A stretch of 64,000 nucleotides of DNA, taken from positions 18,897 through 82,896 of the forward strand of contig JAKUQA010000001.1 in NCBI GenBank assembly GCA_022450525.1, in the 5' to 3' direction. This DNA comes from Dehalococcoidia bacterium. Lineage in GTDB: Bacteria > Chloroflexota > Dehalococcoidia > Lucifugimonadales > UBA6952. Positions 55,911 to 64,000 of the stretch are shown here, in pieces. Both the position numbers and the translations under genes were made by a program. Positions within the stretch are counted from its first letter, which is position 1. The number at the start of each line of letters is the position of its first letter. Under the pieces are notes generated by a model that worked only from the letters and a program-made list of their open reading frames with translations, was not told the origin of the DNA and made no database searches.

Positions 55911-56354
55911 TTATAACAGCTCTATCTTTCCTCCAGCATTTTCAATAGCATTTTGGGCTTGTTCGGAAAATTTGTGTGCTTTAACAGTTAGGGCAATATC
56001 GATTGTTCCTCGTGCCAAAACTTTTATTTTTGTTTTTTCGTTTTTTATCAACCCTTTTGCTTGAAGCTCTTCTAATCCAACAGTACTACCAGACTCGAAA
56101 GAATTTAAAGATGAAATATTTACAGGGTGGTACTCAGTCCTAAATTTATTAGTAAAACCCCTTAGCATAGGTAGTCCCTTAATCATTGATAACTGGCCAC
56201 CTGCAAATCCTCGTTTGATTGATCCGCCACTTCTTGATTTTTGGCCTTTCATGCCCCTAGTAGCATAATTTCCCATTCCGCTACCATTACCTCTTCCAAC
56301 TCTTCTTCTATTACGTTTCGAACCATCGGCTGGCTTTAATTCATGTAGCTTCAT
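55911..56354 (-). CDS. rplO: 50S ribosomal protein L15
   Basis: MKLHELKPA.GS...RRRVGRG.GSG.G. Confidence 0.95.
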   Translation of the reverse strand: MKLHELKPADGSKRNRRRVGRGNGSGMGNYATRGMKGQKSRSGGSIKRGFAGGQLSMIKGLPMLRGFTNKFRTEYHPVNISSLNSFESGSTVGLEELQAKGLIKNEKTKIKVLARGTIDIALTVKAHKFSEQAQNAIENAGGKIELL

Positions 56355-56560
56355 GAGTCACCTTTCTTTCTTTCTGTAACGGCAACATCCTCTACGGATA
56401 ATAAATGTTTAACTTTATGAACCATCCCATTAATCGTGGGAGAACTTTCATGAATAACATTCTGATTTAATTTTCTAAAACCTAAAGCTTTGACAATTTT
56501 TCTTTGGTTTTGAGGCAAACCAATTGTACTTCTAACTAAAGTTATCTTAATTTTGGACAT
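56351..56560 (-). CDS. rpmD: 50S ribosomal protein L30
   Basis: MSKIKITLVRSTIGLPQNQRKIVKALG. Start placed at 56560. The ORF-track N-terminal extension overlaps rpsE. Confidence 0.9.
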   Translation of the reverse strand: MSKIKITLVRSTIGLPQNQRKIVKALGFRKLNQNVIHESSPTINGMVHKVKHLLSVEDVAVTERKKGDS

Positions 56561-57068
56561 CTTCAGTGCCTCCATTTTCGATTTCCTCAGTATTGTTGTT
56601 ATTTTCACTTAATTGGCCTAGGGCAGAAATAGTTGCCCGTACTACATTTATTGGATTTTGGCTTCTTAAAGACTTTGCAACAACGTCTTTAACACCACTT
56701 TGTTCTAAAACCGCACGCATGGAAGCACCAGCGCGGATACCTGTACCTTGTGGAGCTGGTTTAATAATTACCTGCGCAGCACCATATTTTGCTTCAACTT
56801 GATATGGAATTGTAGTTTCTTTTAAATCAAAACTAACAAGATTTTTTTGTGCAACAGATGTGGCTTTCTGTACAGCATCAGGTATTGCTTCAGATTTACC
56901 TAATCCAACTCCCACTTTCCCCTTGCCGTTACCAATCACTACTAACGTTCTAAAGCTGAGGTTACGACCACCTTTAACTACTTTAGCAACTCTTTTAATA
57001 TCAACAACTTTCTCGGAGAATTCAGGTTGATAATCTTGCTGATTTGTATTATTTCTATTGAATGTCAT
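56547..57068 (-). CDS. rpsE: 30S ribosomal protein S5
   Basis: VVDIKRVAKVVKGGRNLSFRTLVVIGNG.G.VG.G.GK. Confidence 0.96.
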   Translation of the reverse strand: MTFNRNNTNQQDYQPEFSEKVVDIKRVAKVVKGGRNLSFRTLVVIGNGKGKVGVGLGKSEAIPDAVQKATSVAQKNLVSFDLKETTIPYQVEAKYGAAQVIIKPAPQGTGIRAGASMRAVLEQSGVKDVVAKSLRSQNPINVVRATISALGQLSENNNNTEEIENGGTEDVQN

Positions 57069-57424
57069 TAAAACTCAATTCCTCCCTCTCTAGCACCATC
57101 TGCTAAAGATTTAATTCTACCGTGATATTTATAACCACCTCTGTCAAAAACAACCTTACCTATTCCTGCTTTTTTAGCAAGTTCGGCAATGTTTTTACCA
57201 ACAGTAAATGCAACTTCAGCTTTTTTTTGATCACCAGTATCGAGTTTTAAGCTTGATGAAGCTACAATAGTATTACCCAATGAATCATCAATGATTTGGG
57301 CGTAAACATTATTTAAGCTTCTAAACACGGTAAGTCGTGGCCTATCAGACGTACCTATTACTTTTTTACGCACTCTTGCATGTCTAGAAACCATTTGTCC
57401 TTTTTTTGTTGTTATTTTAGCCAC
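57068..57424 (-). CDS. rplR: 50S ribosomal protein L18
   Basis: (GTG)[35 protein letters not shown]. Start placed at the GTG at 57424. The ORF-track extension to 57556 overlaps rplF. Confidence 0.9.
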   Translation of the reverse strand: MAKITTKKGQMVSRHARVRKKVIGTSDRPRLTVFRSLNNVYAQIIDDSLGNTIVASSSLKLDTGDQKKAEVAFTVGKNIAELAKKAGIGKVVFDRGGYKYHGRIKSLADGAREGGIEF

Positions 57425-57962
57425 CGCTAGCTCCACTCTTTCCGGCTTTTCTTCTAACTTGTTCACCTTGGTAACGAACACCTTTGCCAGTATAAACATT
57501 AGGTTTACGTAATTTTCGGATATTTGCTGCAACTTCACCAACAACTTGTTTATCAATACCCTGTATTTTAATTAAGTTGTTTCCTTCTAATTCAAAAGTT
57601 ATTCCTTCTTTAGGTTGTACATCAATCGTATGTGAATAACCTAATTGCAAATTAACTCCTTTTCCTGATTGCTGAACTCTATATCCAACACCAACGAGTT
57701 CCAATGTTTTTTCAAAACCTGAAGAAACTCCTTCTACCATATTTGCAACAAGTGACCTTATCAAACCATGAAGAGCTTTATGCTCTTTTAATTCGGTTTG
57801 TCGGGACACCAAAACTTGGTCCTCTTCTTGTGTGAGGACAATTCCATCATTAATATATTGAGAAAGCTCTCCTTTTGGCCCTTTTACCGTGACCAAGCTT
57901 TCAGCTATCTCAATTGTTACACCCGAAGGTATTTGTATTGGTTTATTTCCTATTCTTGACAT
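57417..57962 (-). CDS. rplF: 50S ribosomal protein L6
   Basis: [15 protein letters not shown] and the two-domain L6 pattern. Confidence 0.96.
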   Translation of the reverse strand: MSRIGNKPIQIPSGVTIEIAESLVTVKGPKGELSQYINDGIVLTQEEDQVLVSRQTELKEHKALHGLIRSLVANMVEGVSSGFEKTLELVGVGYRVQQSGKGVNLQLGYSHTIDVQPKEGITFELEGNNLIKIQGIDKQVVGEVAANIRKLRKPNVYTGKGVRYQGEQVRRKAGKSGASGG

Positions 57963-57984
57963 TTGTTCTCCTTAGTTGAACTGT

Positions 57985-58380
57985 TTACCAAACATGGCAA
58001 AGCAATTCTCCTCCAATTCCTTTTTTCCAAGCCTGTTGACTTGTCATAACCCCTTCGGGGGTAGAAATGACTGAAATTCCCCTTGAACCAAAAAACTTGG
58101 AAAGTTCTTTGTTATTCATATAAACCCTTAAACCTGGTTTGCTAACTCTTCTTAGACCTTCAATGGCAGGTTTATCGCTGTCGTATAACAAACCTATTTG
58201 TAATCTTTTCTTATTTCCATCCACAGAAACTTCATAATTATCAATAAAATTACTTCGTCTCAATATTTCAAGTATCGATACTTTTAGTTTAGAGTGAGGA
58301 GTATCAACTTTCTCACGTCGAACTAGAATACCGTTTCGTATTACTGTTAACATATCAGCTATAGGATCTGTCATACTCAC
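57985..58380 (-). CDS. rpsH: 30S ribosomal protein S8
   Basis: MTDPIADMLT.IRNG. Confidence 0.96.
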   Translation of the reverse strand: MSMTDPIADMLTVIRNGILVRREKVDTPHSKLKVSILEILRRSNFIDNYEVSVDGNKKRLQIGLLYDSDKPAIEGLRRVSKPGLRVYMNNKELSKFFGSRGISVISTPEGVMTSQQAWKKGIGGELLCHVW

Positions 58381-58387
58381 TTAGCAC

Positions 58388-58693
58388 CTACCAACTTGCT
58401 TTTCTTATACCTGGGAGTTCGCCTCGAAGGGCTAGCTCTCTAAATGTAATTCTTGAAAGTCCAAAATGACGAATGTAACCACGAGACCTACCAGTTACGA
58501 AACATCGATTCTTTTTTCTTGTTGAATGAGAGTTTTTTGGAAGTTTTGCCATGTTTAGGCGGGCTTGTTGCCTCTCATCCCAACTCAAACTATTATCTAA
58601 TGCAATAGCACGATTTGCTTCCCATTGATCACTGTATTTTTCAATCATTCTGGCTCTTTTTTTATCTCTTTCGATACTAGCTTTTCTTGCCAT
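58388..58693 (-). CDS. rpsN: 30S ribosomal protein S14 (long, non-zinc form, 101 aa)
   Basis: NRC..TGR.RGY.R.FGLSR..FRELA..G.LPG..KASW. It has a single Cys, so no zinc ribbon. Confidence 0.95.
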   Translation of the reverse strand: MARKASIERDKKRARMIEKYSDQWEANRAIALDNSLSWDERQQARLNMAKLPKNSHSTRKKNRCFVTGRSRGYIRHFGLSRITFRELALRGELPGIRKASW

Positions 58694-58704
58694 TTTCTAC
58701 CTCG

Positions 58705-59283
58705 TTAATTTTGACGATTTTGATTTTGTATGAAAGGAAATCCCATCAACTGTAATAATCTTAATGCCTCTTGGTCTGATTTTGCTGATGTTACAACAGT
58801 AACCTGAAAAGATCTTAATTTATCTATTTGGGCGTAATCTATTTCAGGAAATATTACTTGCTCGTTAATTCCTAAAGAATAATTACCTCTACCATCAAAG
58901 GATTTCGTAGGAATACCTCTAAAATCTCTAATTCGAGGTAGGGCAACATTTATTAATCTATCTACAAATTCATACATTCGCTTAGATCGCAAAGTAGCCA
59001 TAACTCCTATGCTCATACCTTCGCGAATCTTGAAACCAGCTAATGAATTTCTTGCTTTTGTAACAACAGGTTTTTGTCCAGATATAGTTGAAATCATTCT
59101 TACAACTGATTCAATAGCATTTGAATTAGTTAGAGATTCTCCTACTCCAACATTGAATACGACTTTTTGTAGTTTTGGAACTTGCATAGGGGATTTATAC
59201 CCAAATTCTTCAATCATTTTGGGCATAATATCCTGACGATACATATTTAATAAAGTTGGTGTTGTTGCTTGTTTACTTGTCAT
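58705..59283 (-). CDS. rplE: 50S ribosomal protein L5
   Basis: VVFNVGVGE, GQKPVVTKA and RDFRG. Confidence 0.96.
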   Translation of the reverse strand: MTSKQATTPTLLNMYRQDIMPKMIEEFGYKSPMQVPKLQKVVFNVGVGESLTNSNAIESVVRMISTISGQKPVVTKARNSLAGFKIREGMSIGVMATLRSKRMYEFVDRLINVALPRIRDFRGIPTKSFDGRGNYSLGINEQVIFPEIDYAQIDKLRSFQVTVVTSAKSDQEALRLLQLMGFPFIQNQNRQN

Positions 59284-59285
59284 AA

Positions 59286-59600
59286 TTATTGATCCACCAT
59301 TTCACTACATAAATTACAAACTCTTACTTTTTTCCCATCTTCAAGAATGGTGTATTTAATTTTTGCCCCTTTATTACATTTAGGGCACATTAACTGAACC
59401 TTAGATATATCAATAGATGCCTCTTTAGTTATAATTCCTGATTGTCGCATGTCGGCATTGGCTTTCATATGTCTCGAAACCATATTTGTTCCTTCAACAA
59501 TAATTTTTGAGTGTTTTGGAAAAACTTGTTGAACCTTACCTGTTTTTCCAGCATCTCTTCCAGATAGTATTTTAACTTGATCATCTTTTTTTATTTTCAT
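59286..59600 (-). CDS. rplX: 50S ribosomal protein L24 (with a C-terminal CxxC...CxxC)
   Basis: MKIKKDDQVKILSGRDAGKTGKV is the KOW domain, followed by CPKC...CNLC. Confidence 0.95.
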   Translation of the reverse strand: MKIKKDDQVKILSGRDAGKTGKVQQVFPKHSKIIVEGTNMVSRHMKANADMRQSGIITKEASIDISKVQLMCPKCNKGAKIKYTILEDGKKVRVCNLCSEMVDQ

Positions 59601-59969
59601 TTACAATACCTCCGGAGCTAGGGATACTATTCGAGTAAAGTTTTTCTCTCGTAATTCTCGAGCTACTGGGCCAAAAATTCTTGTGCCTCTTGGGTTTTGA
59701 CTCTCTGTTAATATCACAGCAGCATTTTCATCAAATTTTATATATGATCCATCTTTTCTTCTTATAGGAAAAGCTGTTCTCACTATAACAGCCTTAACCA
59801 CATCGCCTTTTTTGACTGCGGCTCTAGGTTCTGCTTCTTTTACAGAAGCAACAACAATATCACCCACATAAGCGTATCTTCTTCCAGTTCCTCCTGGAAC
59901 ATTAATACATTGGATCGATTTTGCTCCTGAATTGTCTGCTACTTTTAATTTTGAGTATGTCTGTATCAC
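59601..59969 (-). CDS. rplN: 50S ribosomal protein L14
   Basis: [17 protein letters not shown]. Confidence 0.97.
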   Translation of the reverse strand: MIQTYSKLKVADNSGAKSIQCINVPGGTGRRYAYVGDIVVASVKEAEPRAAVKKGDVVKAVIVRTAFPIRRKDGSYIKFDENAAVILTESQNPRGTRIFGPVARELREKNFTRIVSLAPEVL

Positions 59970-59978
59970 TTTTTCCCT

Positions 59979-60296
59979 CTACTCGCCTTCTGCTTGGCTA
60001 TCTAAAGTATTTTCTTCAGTCAATGGCGAAAGATCTTGTTGATTCATTTCGCTCTTTTTATTAATATTCAAGACCCTCCATCGTTTTGTTTTAGAGATTG
60101 GTCGTGTTTCTATAATTGAAACATTATCGCCCACAACACAGTCATTATTTTCATCATGTACATTATATTTAGATACTCGACGAATTCTTTTACCATATAT
60201 CCTATGTTTTTGCATTCGTTCAACCTCAACAAGTATACTTTTATGCATCTTATCGCTTACAACTGTACCTATTCTAATTTTTTTATTTTTTTCCAT
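59979..60296 (-). CDS. rpsQ: 30S ribosomal protein S17
   Basis: GTVVSDKM.KS..V.VER...H..YGK. It has an acidic C-terminal extension. Confidence 0.94.
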   Translation of the reverse strand: MEKNKKIRIGTVVSDKMHKSILVEVERMQKHRIYGKRIRRVSKYNVHDENNDCVVGDNVSIIETRPISKTKRWRVLNINKKSEMNQQDLSPLTEENTLDSQAEGE

Positions 60297-60499
60297 TATT
60301 GTTCCTGCCCGAGTATTTCTCTTTCACGTATTACCGTATTTAACCTTGCTATTTTCTTTCTAACTTTACTTATTTGAGAAGTATCATTTAATTGGCGCGT
60401 GGCAGCACCAAATCGAAGTGCCATTAATTCCTTATGACTATCTTCCATTTCCTTTGATAAATCTTCTCTATTCATTTTTCTTATATCTTGAACATCCAT
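60296..60499 (-). CDS. rpmC: 50S ribosomal protein L29
   Basis: LMALRFGAATRQL.....I..VRK.IAR..T. Confidence 0.93.
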   Translation of the reverse strand: MDVQDIRKMNREDLSKEMEDSHKELMALRFGAATRQLNDTSQISKVRKKIARLNTVIREREILGQEQ

Positions 60500-60523
60500 T
60501 ATTAATCCCTACTACATTATTGA

Positions 60524-60946
60524 TTAAGCAGTATATAAATCCTCTTTACCTACAGTTTTTACTTTTATAGGAAGTTTTTGCGAGGCAAGCCATAAAGCAT
60601 CTCTCGCAACATCTTCAGAAACTCCAGCTACTTCAAACAAAACTCTTCCAGGCCTAACGACAGCTACCCACTGATCCACAGCCCCTTTTCCTCCTCCTTG
60701 TCGAGTTTCTAAGGGTTTGCTTGTAACCGGTTTGTCAGGAAAAATACGAATCCAAACTTGACCACCCCTTCGAAACCTTCTAGTAATAGTTCTTCTTGCA
60801 GCTTCAATTTGTCTCGCGGTTATAAAGGCTCTTCCAATAGCCTTCATACCGAACTCACCGAATGTTATTTGGTTTCCTGCCTGAGCATTACCTTTTCTTC
60901 TACCCCGGTGCATTTTTCTATATTTAGTTCTCCGTGGTTGTAACAT
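60524..60946 (-). CDS. rplP: 50S ribosomal protein L16
   Basis: [19 protein letters not shown]. Start placed at 60946. The ORF-track extension to 61045 overlaps rpsC. Confidence 0.93.
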   Translation of the reverse strand: MLQPRRTKYRKMHRGRRKGNAQAGNQITFGEFGMKAIGRAFITARQIEAARRTITRRFRRGGQVWIRIFPDKPVTSKPLETRQGGGKGAVDQWVAVVRPGRVLFEVAGVSEDVARDALWLASQKLPIKVKTVGKEDLYTA

Positions 60947-61694
60947 TACCTTCCTCCAAAGAAGCTTCAGTCTGTTGTTCTTCATTTTCATCAGATGGAA
61001 CATTAGATTGAAGAGTGAAGCCAATAGGCCCCAAATCTGAGTCATTATTATTTTCTGTGTCAGTTATTTCACCTTTAAATATCCAAACCTTGATACCAAT
61101 CTTTCCAAAGGTAGTATTTGCCTCAGCTACCCCATAATCAATTTCGGCTCTTAGGGTGTGTAATGGAACTCGTCCAACCATTACTTTTTCCTTTCTGGCT
61201 ATTTCTGCCCCACCCAGTCTTCCCGAACATAATATTTTTATTCCTTCAGCACCTGATTGCATAGCTCTAGTAGAAGCTTGTCTCATTGCTCTTCTGAACA
61301 TAACTCGATGCTCGAGTTGATCAGCGACATTTCGTGCTAATAATGAAGCGTCCAATTCAGGCTGTTTAACTTCATAAACATTTACCTTGGAAATTTTACC
61401 TGTCATTTTTTCAATTTCTTCTCTCAATTGATCTATTCTAGTTCCACCACGACCGATAACTATACCAGGTCTTGCAGTATGTAGGGTAACAACAAGTTCA
61501 GCTCCCCTTTCGATATTAATTTTGGAGATTCCTGCATCTTGGTAATTAACTCGCAATAAAGACCTAATCTTCAAATCTTCTTCAACAAACTGCTTATAAT
61601 TTTCAGACTTGGAAGCAAACCAAGATGAATCCCAAGTTCGTCCACCTTTAATTATTCCTAATCTAAATCCTATTGGATGTGTCTTCTGACCCAA
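60924..61694 (-). CDS. rpsC: 30S ribosomal protein S3 (with a roughly 40-aa acidic C-terminal extension)
   Basis: [14 protein letters not shown] and a KH domain. The tail reads DTENNNDSD...[11 protein letters not shown]. Confidence 0.96.
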   Translation of the reverse strand: MGQKTHPIGFRLGIIKGGRTWDSSWFASKSENYKQFVEEDLKIRSLLRVNYQDAGISKINIERGAELVVTLHTARPGIVIGRGGTRIDQLREEIEKMTGKISKVNVYEVKQPELDASLLARNVADQLEHRVMFRRAMRQASTRAMQSGAEGIKILCSGRLGGAEIARKEKVMVGRVPLHTLRAEIDYGVAEANTTFGKIGIKVWIFKGEITDTENNNDSDLGPIGFTLQSNVPSDENEEQQTEASLEEGNVTTTEN

Positions 61695-61695
61695 T

Positions 61696-62031
61696 CTAGG
61701 CCTCCTCGTCTACAATTACTGTTAAATGGCTAGAAAATTTACTGACACGCCCTGCACGTCCTCTAGCCATAGGTTTAAATCTTTTTATAGTAAGTCCCTT
61801 GTTAGCAAAGATTGTAGATATAACCAATCTGTTAGGATTTAACATATCGTTATTCTCTGCATTTGACGCAGCTGATTTCACTGCTTTATATACGTGCTGA
61901 GCAGAAGGACTTGGATAAAACTTAAGAATGTCTAACGCATCGTTAACATTCTTACCTTTAACCATATTTGCTAACAATTGTATGCGTTTATGGGATACCC
62001 TAATATTTTTAAAAATAGCTTTAGTTGGCAT
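61696..62031 (-). CDS. rplV: 50S ribosomal protein L22
   Basis: RVSHKR..L.A..V.GK.V..AL.IL.F and RAGR..K...H. Confidence 0.95.
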   Translation of the reverse strand: MPTKAIFKNIRVSHKRIQLLANMVKGKNVNDALDILKFYPSPSAQHVYKAVKSAASNAENNDMLNPNRLVISTIFANKGLTIKRFKPMARGRAGRVSKFSSHLTVIVDEEA

Positions 62032-62032
62032 A

Positions 62033-62317
62033 TTACCTCACTCTTGAAGATTGTTCAGATTTAGTAACATGGCCTCTATAAGTCCGTGTAGGAGCAAATT
62101 CCCCCAACTTATGTCCAACCATATTTTCTGTGATAAATATTGGAATATGTCTTCTACCATCATGCACCGCAATAGTAGAACCAAGCATATCAGGGATGAT
62201 CATCGAAGAACGTGACCATGTGCGTATTACTGTCCTGCTGTCACTCTGCATAACAGACGAAATTTTCTTTAATAATTTTGGGTCAACAAAAGGCCCTTTT
62301 TTTATCGATCTTGACAT
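62033..62317 (-). CDS. rpsS: 30S ribosomal protein S19
   Basis: [12 protein letters not shown] and [12 protein letters not shown]. Confidence 0.97.
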   Translation of the reverse strand: MSRSIKKGPFVDPKLLKKISSVMQSDSRTVIRTWSRSSMIIPDMLGSTIAVHDGRRHIPIFITENMVGHKLGEFAPTRTYRGHVTKSEQSSRVR

Positions 62318-62327
62318 TTCTTATCAC

Positions 62328-63158
62328 CTATTTTTGATATCTTCTTCTTACAATAAACACATCAGTTCTTTTATTTTTTCTAGTTCTGTGGCCAAGGGCA
62401 ACTTTTCCCCAAGGTGTTTTAGGATTCTTTAATCCTATTGGAGATCTTCCTTCACCACCTCCATGAGGATGGTCTCGTGGGGTCATTGCAGAACCTCTAA
62501 CGCTTGGTCTTCGACCAAGATGTCTATTTCTTCCAGCTTTTCCAGACTTAATATTTTTGTGTTCTAAATTTCCTAACTGCCCAACAGTAGCCATACACGT
62601 ATTAAGAAACTTCCTCACCTCACCTGATGGCAACCTAACGAGTGTGTATTTTTCTTCTTTAGCAAGAACTTGTGCTGAACCACCAGCACTTCTTACTATT
62701 TGTCCACCCTGTCCTGGCGTCATTTCTATATTATGTATTATTGTTCCGTTAGACACTGAAGAAAGAGGCTTTGCATTTCCTGCCCTATCTTCAGCTTCTG
62801 GGCCACTCATAACAACATCTCCAACATTTAGTCCATTAGGAAGAAGAATGTATCTTTTATCTCCATCAACATAATTTACAAGAGCTATTCTTACAGAACG
62901 ATTAGGATCATATTCAACAGTTACAATTTTACCAGGAACCCCATAATTATCCCGTTTAAAATCAATTAAACGATATGTTCTTTTGGAACCTCCACCTCTA
63001 TGTCTGGTAGTAATTTTACCCCTATTATTTCTCCCCGCTCTTTTCTTTAAACCTTTTGTTAATGATTTATGTGGGGTTTTGGACGTAAGGGTACTAAAAT
63101 CCGGTAAAACGGAACCTCTTCTAGATGGTGTTGTGGGTTTAAAAGTTTTTAACGGCAT
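62328..63158 (-). CDS. rplB: 50S ribosomal protein L2
   Basis: GRNN.G.IT.RHRGGG.KR.YR.IDF and [13 protein letters not shown]. Confidence 0.97.
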   Translation of the reverse strand: MPLKTFKPTTPSRRGSVLPDFSTLTSKTPHKSLTKGLKKRAGRNNRGKITTRHRGGGSKRTYRLIDFKRDNYGVPGKIVTVEYDPNRSVRIALVNYVDGDKRYILLPNGLNVGDVVMSGPEAEDRAGNAKPLSSVSNGTIIHNIEMTPGQGGQIVRSAGGSAQVLAKEEKYTLVRLPSGEVRKFLNTCMATVGQLGNLEHKNIKSGKAGRNRHLGRRPSVRGSAMTPRDHPHGGGEGRSPIGLKNPKTPWGKVALGHRTRKNKRTDVFIVRRRYQK

Positions 63159-63161
63159 CAG

Positions 63162-63449
63162 TTATGCTCCCTCAAAGATTTCAATTCTGTCACCCGGTTT
63201 GAGAGTAACAATTGCTTTTTTCTTATCTTTTGATCTGCTGTAATTTTGACCAACTCGCTTAACTTTTCCTCTATTCATAGTAATGTTTACAGACAAAACA
63301 TTAACATCAAAGGCTTTTTCAATTGCTTCTTTGACAATAATTTTATTAGCTGTGGGTGTGACTTCAAAAACATATTTACCTTGTTCTTGCAACATTGTGC
63401 TTTTTTCAGTAACAACGGGTTTTAATAAAACATCGTAAACACTACTCAT
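63162..63449 (-). CDS. rplW: 50S ribosomal protein L23
   Basis: LKPV.TEKS.......KYVFEV...ANK..VK.A.EK.F.V.V..VN. Confidence 0.95.
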   Translation of the reverse strand: MSSVYDVLLKPVVTEKSTMLQEQGKYVFEVTPTANKIIVKEAIEKAFDVNVLSVNITMNRGKVKRVGQNYSRSKDKKKAIVTLKPGDRIEIFEGA

Positions 63450-64000
63450 TTGAGGACTCCTTAGAATTTGATGTTTTCGCCCATATTCTTTCGGCTTCTT
63501 TAATTCCGCCCAATGAAATCAGCATATTATTTGAAGAAATAATATCTAACACATTCAATTTGTTAGCTTCAATTAATTTTATATTTTTAATATTTCCAGT
63601 AGCTTTCAATATGTTTTCATTTTTGCCTTCAGTGACAATTAATGTTTTTTCAGATATACCCAGAGTTGATAATAAAGCTATGGTATCTTTAGTTTTTGGG
63701 GTTAGTTCATCCAAAGAATCAATTATCATAAGCTTTTCATCACGAACCTTATCCGATATAGAGCTTCTGATAGCTAATTGTTTCATTTTCTTAGTTATTT
63801 TTTTATTATAACTTCTTGGTTTTGGTCCAAATACAACTCCACCACCTTTCCATTGTGGAGCTCTTATTGATCCTTGTCGTGCACGTCCTGAGTGTTTCTG
63901 AATACGTGGCTTAATTCCTCCACCGGATACTTCTGAACGTGTTTTTGTGCTACTGGTACCTTGTCGCGCATTGGCTAGTTGCCTCACTATAGCTTGATGA
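63442..64000 (-). CDS. rplD: 50S ribosomal protein L4, partial (N-terminus beyond the window end)
   Basis: The reading frame stays open to position 64000 (...HQAIVRQLANARQGTSSTKTRSEVSGGGIKP..QKHSGRARQGS). The M in the ORF track is an internal GTG (Val). Confidence 0.94.
   Translation of the reverse strand, partial: HQAIVRQLANARQGTSSTKTRSEVSGGGIKPRIQKHSGRARQGSIRAPQWKGGGVVFGPKPRSYNKKITKKMKQLAIRSSISDKVRDEKLMIIDSLDELTPKTKDTIALLSTLGISEKTLIVTEGKNENILKATGNIKNIKLIEANKLNVLDIISSNNMLISLGGIKEAERIWAKTSNSKESSNE

Overview
AT-rich (roughly one-third G+C by eye), very gene-dense bacterial chromosome segment. I saw no rRNA, CRISPR array, transposase, integrase or phage-like genes. From 48.3 to 64.0 kb the minus strand carries the conserved ribosomal-protein supercluster. 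It runs rplD (partial at the window edge) through the S10/spc/alpha operons (secY, adk, map, infA, rpmJ, rpoA, rplQ), then truA-rplM-rpsI. The rest is housekeeping and small-molecule metabolism:
- thrS (partial, missing from the ORF track), folC, fabF, a Lit-like membrane protein, mazG and a GuaB3-like protein
- a dmpA-like-panB-panC-surE operon and tRNA-Arg(CCT)
- two thiolase-fold/DUF35 pairs
- a 5-gene hydrolase/lipid-kinase operon, yajQ and an ABC-F ATPase
- an MFS/small-protein/large-hydrolase operon
- an adaptor (MFP)-ABC-FtsX exporter and a second, convergent MFS pair
- rpsP-KH-rimM and groES-groEL
- a long co-directional run: adh, mtnA-like, rhodanese, H1-like basic repeat protein, ahcY, metK, PGM/PMM, PGI/PMI

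Convergent genes abut or overlap, which fits a streamlined genome. Lineage cannot be fixed from sequence alone. The short ThrRS, the YknXYZ-like exporter order and the rplQ-truA-rplM-rpsI order fit a Chloroflexota- or Firmicutes-like monoderm (low confidence).

I do not see a clear novel multi-gene system such as defence, secretion or a mobile element. The best leads are:
1. An MtnA/eIF-2B-family protein in which both canonical catalytic residues are replaced.
2. A promoter plus structured leader plus terminator directly upstream of the dmpA-like/panBC operon.
3. An unusually long (717 aa) membrane-fusion adaptor with a roughly 290-aa helical hairpin and a roughly 115-aa insert.
4. Two thiolase-fold proteins that appear to lack the nucleophilic cysteine, each paired with a DUF35 protein.
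5. A histone-H1-like Lys/Ala/Thr tandem-repeat protein.

All functional calls come from reading the translations. No database search was run.
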